Shown here in pieces: positions 51,582 to 60,716 of a stretch of 64,000 nucleotides of DNA (position 1 is its first letter; each line of letters begins with the position of its first letter). The notes beneath the pieces were generated by a model. The model ran no database searches. It worked only from the letters and a program-made list of their open reading frames with translations, and was not told where the DNA came from. Made by a program: the position numbers and the translations under genes. Where the stretch lies: the NCBI GenBank assembly GCA_965205865.1, contig CBDBHR010000028.1, forward strand, positions 352,001 through 416,000, written 5' to 3'. Origin of the DNA: a bacterium (GTDB lineage Bacteria; SAR324; NAC60-12).

Positions 51582-53279
51582 CTATTTCTCTGTATTGGTC
51601 GGGTTGAGCGACTCCGCGATGCGGTTGAGTTTCTCGGCGATCTCCGGGTGGATCTCATCCTTATGCATTTCACTGGCCAACAGGTACAAATCCTTCTTTA
51701 GCGTGCTCATGCCCGGATTCTCCAATACGGGATCCTCTAACAGCGGAACCAGGAATTCGGTGCTTGCTTTGACTCGCACGAGTGATACGTGATCTCCAAA
51801 GAGATCAGTGCCCGGTGGTACCTGCCTCCAAAACACGTCTTCGATTTTTTTCTCCATCAAAGGGAAATTCACGAATCGTTTGATGACCTCCGGTTGCAGG
51901 AGATAGTTTTCAATCTCGTAGCGACGCCAGCGTAAGACTGCCAGACCCGCGCGCGTCGTCTCCTCATCCGGCTCGTCTCGATTGTCACCATCGAGAAGGC
52001 AGAGCGCTCGCATCTCTGGAAAGACCGCATGCATGGCGAAGAAGTGCGCTCTCGCCTCGTTGAGACTGCGCCCGCCGAGCCAGTGGACAACGGCCCTTTG
52101 GAAGAAACGCTGAGCCGGATGATCGAGGATTCGCGACCATTCGGTCAGAATCTTTTCATCTGACTCTCCCTCGACGTAAAGCACGGCACCAACTTCCTTG
52201 GCAAGTAACAGATCGGTGGTGGTGACTCGCTTGAGCGCCTCGCGCAGCTGATCGCGCTGCGTTTTGCTGGAAAGCGGGCGTGGAGAGTGACCGAAGAAGC
52301 CGATCACCCGGGCCGGTTCCGTGGCATCGAGAACAACCTCGGAATGCGTAGCGACGACGATTTGCCCGCCGCGCTCGCGAGCGACTTTGCGGACCAGGTC
52401 GTACACCTGCTTCTGCAGGATGACGTGCTGGTGGGAATCGGGCTCATCAAGGAGGATCACCGTGGCAGGACGGGCATACAGAAACGCAAGCAGGAGAAGC
52501 ACTTGAAGCGTTCCACTCCCGACGTTGGAAAGGTCCAGCGGCCGTGTATGGTTTGGTTCCCGGTATTCGCAGACAATATAGGGCTGAGCCGGCGAATAGG
52601 ATGGCTGGAGCAATGTAAACCTGAAGAGTTCGTGAATGTATTTTTTCAGATCCTTCCAGCCTTCTTTGTTGGTTTCCGCGATTTCCCAGAGGAGATTTCG
52701 CAGAATCTCGCCCGGCCTCCCCTGGCCTACAAGCAGGTTCTGCATGCCTTGGTCACGGCGTGGTTCATCCCGTTCGATCCCCGAGAGCGGAGGAACGTGG
52801 ACGATATCGAGCTTCTCAGCAGCTGGTGGTGGAAAGTTGAGGATGGCTTCGCGATCGAGAGTTTTTGCTTGCTGAGGCCGCACGTAAACCAACTCCGGAT
52901 TGGCGTATTGAAACTCGAGACCACAGCTCCACGCCTCTCCGTTCGATTCTCCTTCGACGATGATTTCGATCAAACGTGGTATTCCGGGCCTCTCTCCGGA
53001 GACTCGCCGGTCCTCCCACAAAAGGTTCATCTCGCGGAGAGGCACAGGGGTAAAATCGGCGCGCGTGATAGCGACGCCGGATCGTCTGACTGCCTTGCTC
53101 TTCTTGTCTCCTTTACGTTGAGCAATCCAGCGGTCGAGCCCCAGCTTCCAGGTTACGATTCCCTGAAGCAAGGTGGACTTTCCCGCGTTGTTCGGACCGG
53201 CAAGGACGACGGAGTCGGCCAGCTCGAACGGGTGCTCACGAAATCGTTTGAAATTCTTGATTGTGACGCGTCGGATCAT
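51582..53279 (-). CDS. ABC/AAA ATPase fused to TOPRIM-like domain
   Basis: GPNNAGKS, LLDEPD and ATHS, then YVEGESD, LLDGD and EIENYLL; GGAGG RBS before MIRRVT. Confidence 0.85.
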   Translation of the reverse strand: MIRRVTIKNFKRFREHPFELADSVVLAGPNNAGKSTLLQGIVTWKLGLDRWIAQRKGDKKSKAVRRSGVAITRADFTPVPLREMNLLWEDRRVSGERPGIPRLIEIIVEGESNGEAWSCGLEFQYANPELVYVRPQQAKTLDREAILNFPPPAAEKLDIVHVPPLSGIERDEPRRDQGMQNLLVGQGRPGEILRNLLWEIAETNKEGWKDLKKYIHELFRFTLLQPSYSPAQPYIVCEYREPNHTRPLDLSNVGSGTLQVLLLLAFLYARPATVILLDEPDSHQHVILQKQVYDLVRKVARERGGQIVVATHSEVVLDATEPARVIGFFGHSPRPLSSKTQRDQLREALKRVTTTDLLLAKEVGAVLYVEGESDEKILTEWSRILDHPAQRFFQRAVVHWLGGRSLNEARAHFFAMHAVFPEMRALCLLDGDNRDEPDEETTRAGLAVLRWRRYEIENYLLQPEVIKRFVNFPLMEKKIEDVFWRQVPPGTDLFGDHVSLVRVKASTEFLVPLLEDPVLENPGMSTLKKDLYLLASEMHKDEIHPEIAEKLNRIAESLNPTNTEK

Positions 53280-53401
53280 ACGGTACCTCCGTACGGCCAG
53301 TAGCATGACCGATTGACGGAAAATTCGTACGGGATGAATGCGCAACCCTCCCGGACCTCTTTGCGAAGGGTAACGTTTTTGTACCAGGGATCAAGGGTCA
53401 T
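53276..53401 (-). pseudogene. Duplicated 5' end of the DUF499 gene forming a 41-aa ORF
   Basis: MTLDPWYKNVTLRKEVREGCAFIPYEF versus DUF499 MQPWYKNVTLREEVREGRSFSPDEF; own GGAG RBS; its TGA overlaps the ATG at 53279. Confidence 0.85.
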
Positions 53402-53442
53402 GTTTTCTCCTGTTCACTTGTTGTTTGCCGACATTTCCGCAG

Positions 53443-53928
53443 CTACCCGACCCGGCACAGATCGTTCCTACCAAGCAATCTCCTGTGCGTAGATCTGAAT
53501 TCCTTGTTCGGGTTCTTTTCCGCCTTCGTTGAATAAACTTTTCCTCCCGGATTGTCTACCAGGTTCTTGTTCCTGAAGTCTTTTTGCAATTTTTCGTCAT
53601 TCGTGTACAGCAAACGGGCACCACTGAGCTGAGCCAGGGCAATAACATGCGCATCATTTGATTGGCATAGACCCTCATTTTTGAGTTGCTCTGCCCTATC
53701 GTTGACCTTTTGATCGTTCTCAGTTCTAAACATCCCAGAAAACTGGGCTTCTTTACGCCATTTTCTAAAGTAATCTGAACGGTTATCGAGCTCCACGAGA
53801 AGTTTGCCTCCGGCCACCAGCCGGCCACTTCTCCCCTTTTCGACCCACTCAAAAAATTTCTCCCCTGCCGGACATGGGCTGGAACTGAACACCTCATGGA
53901 CGACGTTTGTATCGACGATTGCGCACAT
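53443..53928 (-). CDS. PIN-like domain protein
   Basis: IVDTNV...SNDAHVIALA...LYTND acidic PIN pattern. Confidence 0.65.
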   Translation of the reverse strand: MCAIVDTNVVHEVFSSSPCPAGEKFFEWVEKGRSGRLVAGGKLLVELDNRSDYFRKWRKEAQFSGMFRTENDQKVNDRAEQLKNEGLCQSNDAHVIALAQLSGARLLYTNDEKLQKDFRNKNLVDNPGGKVYSTKAEKNPNKEFRSTHRRLLGRNDLCRVG

Positions 53929-53951
53929 TTCTCAGATCCTCACCAGCTATT

Positions 53952-55310
53952 CTATCGCTTCCATAGCGACCTCTTTACCTCTTCCATGAAGAACCGACGG
54001 TAACCCTTGGGCGCGCCCAGGATGTTCCCCTCTTCGTCGATTCGGAGTGAGTGAATGCGAACGTCCAACTCTCCACGTTTAAAATACAAAATAGAAACGT
54101 CATCGGGTTTCAAACCAGTCGTGCCGTCACGAACGTCCATCCGCACCCGGTCGAGCAAATGGTCGCTGTGCGTTTCGACTACCAATTGGCGCTCCGCACC
54201 GGCGACCTGACAGAATAAACTCCCCAGTGCGGCTTGGGCGCTCGGGTGGAGATGCACTTCCGGTTGCTGTAAAAGGAACATGGACGACGCATCCTGGCGC
54301 AGCAATTCGGTTATCAAGGGTAGCACCTGACTGACGCCGTAGCCCACATCGATCAGGTTGCGCGGGGGACCCTTCAGCCGGCCATCAAATTTCCTGACCT
54401 GCACCTGAAAGGGCTCACTCTCCCTTTTCCCCAAGGGTTTGATAGAAATTTCATCGAAGAGACCTGCGGTTTTCCCGAAGTCTTCGAGACTCTTCTTTAG
54501 AGTTTTCCACATTTTTTTGTTCTGGAAATAGACGTTGGCAAGATAACTGGGAACATAATTGCCTTCAGGATCCGGTGCGGTGCGGGAGGGATCATAGGTG
54601 CGGTGCGGTTTGAACCTGATCGGCGCACCGGCATACAATGCTTGATTTTGATTAAATGTGGACATGGATACGTCAACAATCAGATTCAATTCTTCCGTGG
54701 TGGGTAGATCAATACCATCCAATGGGGCGACATTTTTGATTAATTCTTTTTCATCGTCTCTTAGGCGATTCAGCAGAAATCCAATAGTGAAATCGAAAGT
54801 AGGAATCCGGCCACCATCAAACTGAGTGTGCAATTCGGGCAACTTTATTTGCCAACGGCTATTCGCTGTGCTGAAGCAAAGCAACCACGATCTATCATTT
54901 TGAAGACTGTATTCCAGCCAATGATTCTTTCTCGAAAGTCGTCTTCTCATCGGAAAGGGCACGGTTCCCTTCTTTCCGAAATCCACCTCAAAGCGACAAG
55001 AACCGGTAGCCACATCCATGCCCTTTATGGGGTGTCTGGGAGTGAATTCGAACCCCGCCTCAAAAGTACTTGCCCGGCTTCCTCTTCCACCCCGGTAATG
55101 GGCAATTTCGTCAAAGCTGCCCAGGTCATACGGCTCCTTTTTGAAATCGGGAATGTCGTGCTGGAAGGCAGTGAATAATAGTGCCCGGATCAAAGCCATG
55201 AAAGAGGTTTTTCCAGTGCTGTTTTCGCCTACGAGCAAAGTCAGGGGCGCCAGGCGAGTGGTCTGCTCTTCACGGAAGCAGCGAAAGTTTTTCAGCGTTA
55301 TCTTCTCCAT
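53952..55310 (-). CDS. AAA_21-type ATPase (DUF3696-like C-terminus)
   Basis: GENSTGKT, VGYGVSQ, QQPEVHLHP and ETHS motifs. Confidence 0.85.
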   Translation of the reverse strand: MEKITLKNFRCFREEQTTRLAPLTLLVGENSTGKTSFMALIRALLFTAFQHDIPDFKKEPYDLGSFDEIAHYRGGRGSRASTFEAGFEFTPRHPIKGMDVATGSCRFEVDFGKKGTVPFPMRRRLSRKNHWLEYSLQNDRSWLLCFSTANSRWQIKLPELHTQFDGGRIPTFDFTIGFLLNRLRDDEKELIKNVAPLDGIDLPTTEELNLIVDVSMSTFNQNQALYAGAPIRFKPHRTYDPSRTAPDPEGNYVPSYLANVYFQNKKMWKTLKKSLEDFGKTAGLFDEISIKPLGKRESEPFQVQVRKFDGRLKGPPRNLIDVGYGVSQVLPLITELLRQDASSMFLLQQPEVHLHPSAQAALGSLFCQVAGAERQLVVETHSDHLLDRVRMDVRDGTTGLKPDDVSILYFKRGELDVRIHSLRIDEEGNILGAPKGYRRFFMEEVKRSLWKR

Positions 55311-55323
55311 GATCTCTCCTTTT

Positions 55324-58278
55324 TCACTTGGGAACTGCCAGCAGCATCGCGTCTAAAAGTCGCTTTTCTTCGCTGCCACGAGGGTACAGGGCGGAAAGCG
55401 CGTTGGCAAGTCGCAGGAAGTCGGGGCCATGGTCCTGTTCGGCATCGATCAGCTTCCGCAGCGCGTTGGAGTGACCACCGGACTGCAAGAGCATGCCTGA
55501 GTGCACGCGGTCCAAGGTGGTGGCCTCGAGGGAATGAAGTTCGACCTCGCCATCAAGGATGGTTTTTCTTCCACGGCGGCGGTTTCTTGATTTCTCCGGA
55601 GCGTCCATTTCGGGAAAAAGCGTCATCTGCGAGTTGGCTTCCGGTTCATATTCGATCCAGTCGGCTGCTGCGCCTGCTCCGTCCTCGCCAAATAGTTTTC
55701 TGGCCCGCTCGGACACCGGCAGCAGGCGCACCACGCCTTTTTCCTGCTCGATGATACGACCGGTCCAGACGTCGAGATCGATGCCCATGGGTTGGGCGAA
55801 ACGACGCACGACGTCGAAGGGGAGATTGAATCCCCGGGGCGCCACCTTGGTAACCGTTTCTTCTTCCTCCTCTTCCTGTTTAGCATTCTCTTCGGAGGTT
55901 GCCGTACTCTGGAGGGTCCAGAGGAAGAGAGCTGTCAGGCGGGCGTCCTCCTCCAGCGCGCCGACCAAGCCGTTACGCGCCTGCGCTTCCGCCGTGCCAA
56001 GCACCTGCTGGAGCGCCGCGCGACCGACGACTTCCCAGACTTTTTCCAGGTACTCGGGCAGGCCGACCGTGCGGCCCTCGGCAGTCTCCACCGCGCGGTA
56101 ACGACTGAAGATTTCGAGCGCCGGGCCGATGCAGGCGAAGACCAGGTCCGCACCTCGGATACCTTCGCACTGCAAGCGCTCCATCCAGCCTCCCACACGA
56201 ATCGGAAGCTCGCGCAGGACATCGCCCCAGTCCCCGACTACGGCATCCTCGGATCGCGGGCGGCAAATGAGATGGACGCTGGTGGCGAGAGCCGCCGAGT
56301 CCTGCGACCTCAGTCGACCTACCATCTCAGTAGCAATTGGCCAGGAGCCAGTGATGGTCCAGCCACCTAGGATCATACCCGAAAGCAATGCCTCCCAACC
56401 TTCTGTGGTCTTGTGGGCGAAGACGACCGAGCCGATGCCATCTTCGTTTAGAATGCGGTGCCCCTCAGTGAACGTCTTCGCCATCATCTCCTCGAACCAC
56501 GCACGATCTTTCGGTCGTCCATCGTTAGTCTTTGTCTTGTCCTGTACTATCTCGCGTGCCTTCGGTGAGAGTGGATTGTCCGGGTCGAAATAGTCACGTA
56601 GCAGCGAGTAACCGGGTAGTGTTCGTTTGAACCAGACTAAGAAGAAGTCAGCAAGGTCCGCATATGGAATCGCGTCGTAATACGGCGGGTCGGTGAACAA
56701 AACTCCAGCGGATTGGTCGGGAAGTGGGTGATTCGTGGTGTCGGCTGATTGAACTTGTCCGGAGACTAATCCCAGTGAGCGACCCTCAAGTATATAAACT
56801 ATCGAGTTGAGAGCACTGTCCCAGCTTCTCGATGCGGTTGCCAGACAATTCGATTCGCCAAAATCCCAGATGATTGGCAAAGCCTGCCGAGGGATCGCAT
56901 GCTTGACCTCCTCCCCAGAAGCCAGCCATGCAGAAGTAGATGAGCCGCCACCGGCGATTCGGTTTACAGCTATGGCGAGCAAACACCTTATTGATTCCTC
57001 CAACGCTGCGACGGACTGACTCAACGCCACCAACGCCACCTTCTGCCGCGCCGTGAACAAGTCACCCCACTGTAGCATGCCGTAGCGTTGCACGTTAAAG
57101 CCCAACGTCCCAATCGGTGGCAGCGGCTCATCCGGTATCGGGCAGAGTCCTTGCTTTCCCCTATGTTCCCATTCCTCAATAATCTGTACCACCCGCGCCT
57201 GCGCGCGGCGCACCGCTTCGTAGTCCGCGTCGGTAGGAAGACGATAATGTCTTCCGGGCTGTCCGGGCTGGAGCATCACCACAGCTGTCATGAAAGCCCC
57301 GCCTGTCCGACGGTCCTGTTCATCGAAGATAACGTCGGCTCCGCCCCGTTGGGCAGCGAGCTGTGCTCGCACCCGTTCGGGTTGCAATACGATGCCACAA
57401 CACAGACACGTCGCCTTCGCTCGTGTCACGGTGCCTCCATGCACCTCCCTATCCGTTGTCGGCTCGAACACTTCGAACTCGACATGCGGGGGAGCGCCTT
57501 CGGACCGTTCGATCCGGTATCGGAGGGCACGCTTGCGCTTGGGCTTCTTGCACAGCCAGAATGAACGCATGAGCGGGATCTCCGCGCCGCAGTTGGGCGC
57601 TTCGCAGCGCACCGTGCGCGCCCAGAGATAGGCAATCGGGGTGGCGCCATCCGGGTCAGGTGGATAGAGGTCGCCCAGTTCCCGCTTGGCTTTCCGTTTG
57701 ATCTCGCCACCGACTTTGCGCAGTTCCTCGGCCAGTCCCGGACCGTATCGTGGGATGTCCTCCAACATCACCTTGAGGATCAGGCAGGCCACCGGGTTGA
57801 GATCACTGGCGAAGGCTTCACAGCCAAGCCGCAGCGCTTCCAGAGGGATCGAACCCCCACCCGCGAATGGATCCACCACCAGCGGTGGCTCCTCACCATG
57901 GGCCGCCTTCACCAGGGCACGACTCACACCGAGATAGGTGCGATTCGCAGCAAGGTCCCAGTTGGCAAAGTCGGCGATGAACCGCAACAGTACCTTACGC
58001 AACCCCTCGTCCGTGGCATCCGGACGGCAGCCTGCCACCTGTGGCAAGAGCCTGCGTGCCTCGTCCTTGAATTCTGGCGGACATTGCGGATCACACGGGT
58101 CCGGCAGTAGTAGCGCGAGCAGCACTGCCCGACACGAAGCCAGCGGTCGCCGCGCCCACCACAGGTGCAACGTCGAGGGATGTCCATGCCGGATCGATTT
58201 CTCCCGCACCGCATGCCTGGAAACTTCGGCAATGGGAAAGTCCACCTCCGCCAGTCGTTTGCATTCTCTGGGGATCAC
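55324..58278 (-). CDS. DUF1156 adenine-specific DNA methyltransferase
   Basis: HLWWARRPLA, DPFAGGGSIP and TDPPYYD motifs; GTG start with GGAGG RBS. Confidence 0.92.
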   Translation of the reverse strand: MIPRECKRLAEVDFPIAEVSRHAVREKSIRHGHPSTLHLWWARRPLASCRAVLLALLLPDPCDPQCPPEFKDEARRLLPQVAGCRPDATDEGLRKVLLRFIADFANWDLAANRTYLGVSRALVKAAHGEEPPLVVDPFAGGGSIPLEALRLGCEAFASDLNPVACLILKVMLEDIPRYGPGLAEELRKVGGEIKRKAKRELGDLYPPDPDGATPIAYLWARTVRCEAPNCGAEIPLMRSFWLCKKPKRKRALRYRIERSEGAPPHVEFEVFEPTTDREVHGGTVTRAKATCLCCGIVLQPERVRAQLAAQRGGADVIFDEQDRRTGGAFMTAVVMLQPGQPGRHYRLPTDADYEAVRRAQARVVQIIEEWEHRGKQGLCPIPDEPLPPIGTLGFNVQRYGMLQWGDLFTARQKVALVALSQSVAALEESIRCLLAIAVNRIAGGGSSTSAWLASGEEVKHAIPRQALPIIWDFGESNCLATASRSWDSALNSIVYILEGRSLGLVSGQVQSADTTNHPLPDQSAGVLFTDPPYYDAIPYADLADFFLVWFKRTLPGYSLLRDYFDPDNPLSPKAREIVQDKTKTNDGRPKDRAWFEEMMAKTFTEGHRILNEDGIGSVVFAHKTTEGWEALLSGMILGGWTITGSWPIATEMVGRLRSQDSAALATSVHLICRPRSEDAVVGDWGDVLRELPIRVGGWMERLQCEGIRGADLVFACIGPALEIFSRYRAVETAEGRTVGLPEYLEKVWEVVGRAALQQVLGTAEAQARNGLVGALEEDARLTALFLWTLQSTATSEENAKQEEEEEETVTKVAPRGFNLPFDVVRRFAQPMGIDLDVWTGRIIEQEKGVVRLLPVSERARKLFGEDGAGAAADWIEYEPEANSQMTLFPEMDAPEKSRNRRRGRKTILDGEVELHSLEATTLDRVHSGMLLQSGGHSNALRKLIDAEQDHGPDFLRLANALSALYPRGSEEKRLLDAMLLAVPK

Positions 58279-58603
58279 GGATGCTCCTCCGTCCATTGGA
58301 CGAGCACTTTGGCGGTGTCGATCGCGTCCCGGTATTCCTGCCCATATTCCGAAGTGTGATTTTTAGAATTACAAGGAATCCAATACTCCAATACAATTGC
58401 TTTTTCTCTATCGTATCTTGCAAATCTACGAGGAGTCATAGTCGTGTTCTTTCAAATAGAGGATGTCGCACCGTACCTCCAACCGCTTTCGCTCGCCTGC
58501 TTCCGGCTGGAAATCTATCGCGATCTCATTCGGGATCGGAATGAATGTGCGATATTTCGAGAGAATAGTCGAGGTGATCCTAGTACCGCCTCCGGACGCG
58601 GCA

Positions 58604-59155
58604 CTAACAAGTCCAGGACAAAGAATGTCGTAGTAAAGGTGGAAACGCCTTGAGTGATGTTGGAATATGAATATGACCTTTCGGCCACCCCAGACCACTT
58701 CTGTTGAATGCGGCTGTAGAAAGAAGTCTCCTTTTTCGCGCGGGATCTTTCTCGTCATCTTCGTTGGGCCGGTCGACGATTAATTTGTTATCACGAGTTA
58801 CCCGTTCCTTGCGAAGTACGGGGCGCCGCCGGTTGTCCTGAGAGAAAACGATCTCATATTTCCACTGGGCTTCTGCTCTTGTATCCTGCAATTCGACATG
58901 CACTTCTATGTTCGAATATCGCCGTGCCGCCAGGCATCGAATAGCGCTCACCCCACGCCGTCGTAGAACCGCGTCCTGAAAACCTCCTCCGGTCGAAGCG
59001 AGATCACGCAGGAACCGGAAAACATCGAGGAAATTGGATTTCCCCGACGCGTTGGGACCTACGAGAAAGACACGATCTTCTATGGCAACCTCGACATCGA
59101 GAAAATTTTTCCAATTTCGCAGGTGGAGTTTCCTGATTTTCAGGTTATCGCTCAT
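58604..59155 (-). pseudogene. Truncated AAA/SMC-type ATPase
   Basis: GPNASGKSN Walker A is present but Walker B is not; the ATPase-like sequence ends near DPAR (~58740) and joins unrelated sequence. Confidence 0.75.
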
Positions 59156-59170
59156 TGCTTTTCCTTGTGA

Positions 59171-59440
59171 TCATTGTGGCCCATTGTACTTTAGTGGAGG
59201 TTTCCGTACTTGCATTGGTTGGGTCAGGGCGTTGACCTCGAGCCAGTAGTGCTGCACCTTGGTGACCTGATTCCAGGGGAAGCGGGCGGGATTTCTGACC
59301 GGTTCCTGAAGTTCCGGGGCACTCGCGCATTTGGTGACCACGTAGAGCCAGTAGCAATCAGGACGGTCCTCGGCGACGCGCCGTTCATTCGGCGTGAGCA
59401 GGATGGTGCCGACCAGTTGCTTATATTCCTTGGGAATCAC
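59171..59440 (-). pseudogene. Chimeric ORF: DUF1156 start fused to a duplicate of the helicase DUF3883 C-terminus
   Basis: MIPKEYKQL + VGTILLTPNERR...; 59208-59411 is a direct repeat of 63441-63644 (about 14 mismatches in 204 nt by eye). Confidence 0.85.
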
Positions 59441-60672
59441 TTGCATTTGGGTTCCTTCCACAAGCGTACGATGAAGCGGTTCTCTTCTTCGATCAGGTCA
59501 GGCTCGGTTCCGTTGTGGTCCCGCATGCCGGGGATGATTCTATTCCGTACCCCCATCCCGCGATTGTCCACGTATCCGTAGTCGCGCATCACATTGACTA
59601 AGGCTTGGTTGCGGGCGTAGCGCATTCCCACCTTCATTCCTCCGGTCGTCACCGTCTTGGGCAAGCGTCCGGGGCTCACGATCTCCAGACGGTTAGAAAA
59701 GATGGCGAGCATGACGTCCGCCCCCGAGATGCTGTAGTCTCGGTGAACCAAGGCGTTTCCCACGGCCTCGCGCACCACCGCTTCGGGGAATTCCCAGCGG
59801 TCGACCCGGCGTGCGCTTTCAAGCCGAGCGGAAGGCATCGTATTGCGCCGTACGAAATCCCACGCCTGATCAACCAACCCCGGTTCTACCAGCACGCCAT
59901 CGAGAGCGCCAAGCGGAACCAGCGGTCCCCTGAGGTCTTCGTCCGCGCGGGTCGCGTAGTCCGCTTCCTCTCCGGGGTAGCAGACGGCCCGGATGCCCGA
60001 TTGAGGGAGAGGGCGTGCGGGATTCCTCCCGAACAACAACGTACCATCGATGGTTGCAGCCGTTCGCCCCGCTGAGGTCGTCGCCAAGTCCAGGTTCAGC
60101 AACAGCGTCTGCCACCCTTTAGCATCGCTGTCACCCGGAGCGTCACTTCCCAGGACTCGAACGAAGTAGTCGCGCAGGCGACGGAGGTCGAGCGTGTCGA
60201 TGGCGGTTCCCCGCACTGGTTTAAGACCATACCGCAGCCCCCCGGACTGTTGGTAGAGACGTTCTTCTTCCTCGCGAGTCGCATTGCGCGTTGTGGTTCC
60301 CACTCGAACCTTGGTGACCCAGGCCGACCCGTGCTTCGCTTTATACGGCTTGTCCGGCGCGTCCGCCGGCAGTGACACGATACCAACTTCTTTTGCGTCG
60401 TCCCAACATATTGTCTCCCAGTACGGGATTGTGGCTGGTTGAACGTGCGTTCGAGCCACCTCCATGACCCACTCCTCAGCCCTGGCCCGGTCCCGGGTGA
60501 GGCCGCTGACGGTCTGATCGTTTTCGACACCCAGGAGTATGTGGCCGCCTTCCAGATTGAGGAGCGCGACCATCTCTCCCGCCAGTTTGTCCTGAGGGAT
60601 GTTGTCACGTTTGAACTCGACGCCGGAGTTCTCGCCGTTGCGGATCAATTCGATCAATTCAGTTTTGTTCAT
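59437..60672 (-). CDS. Schlafen/AlbA_2 domain + HATPase_c_4 (RecG C-terminal-like) protein
   Basis: GENSGVEFK, ALLNLEGGHILLGV, REAVGNALVHRDY and RGMG motifs. Confidence 0.88.
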   Translation of the reverse strand: MNKTELIELIRNGENSGVEFKRDNIPQDKLAGEMVALLNLEGGHILLGVENDQTVSGLTRDRARAEEWVMEVARTHVQPATIPYWETICWDDAKEVGIVSLPADAPDKPYKAKHGSAWVTKVRVGTTTRNATREEEERLYQQSGGLRYGLKPVRGTAIDTLDLRRLRDYFVRVLGSDAPGDSDAKGWQTLLLNLDLATTSAGRTAATIDGTLLFGRNPARPLPQSGIRAVCYPGEEADYATRADEDLRGPLVPLGALDGVLVEPGLVDQAWDFVRRNTMPSARLESARRVDRWEFPEAVVREAVGNALVHRDYSISGADVMLAIFSNRLEIVSPGRLPKTVTTGGMKVGMRYARNQALVNVMRDYGYVDNRGMGVRNRIIPGMRDHNGTEPDLIEEENRFIVRLWKEPKCK

Positions 60673-60716
60673 GGTCGTTCTCTCACGATTTTGTTTGACG
60701 GATGGGGTGGGAACCC

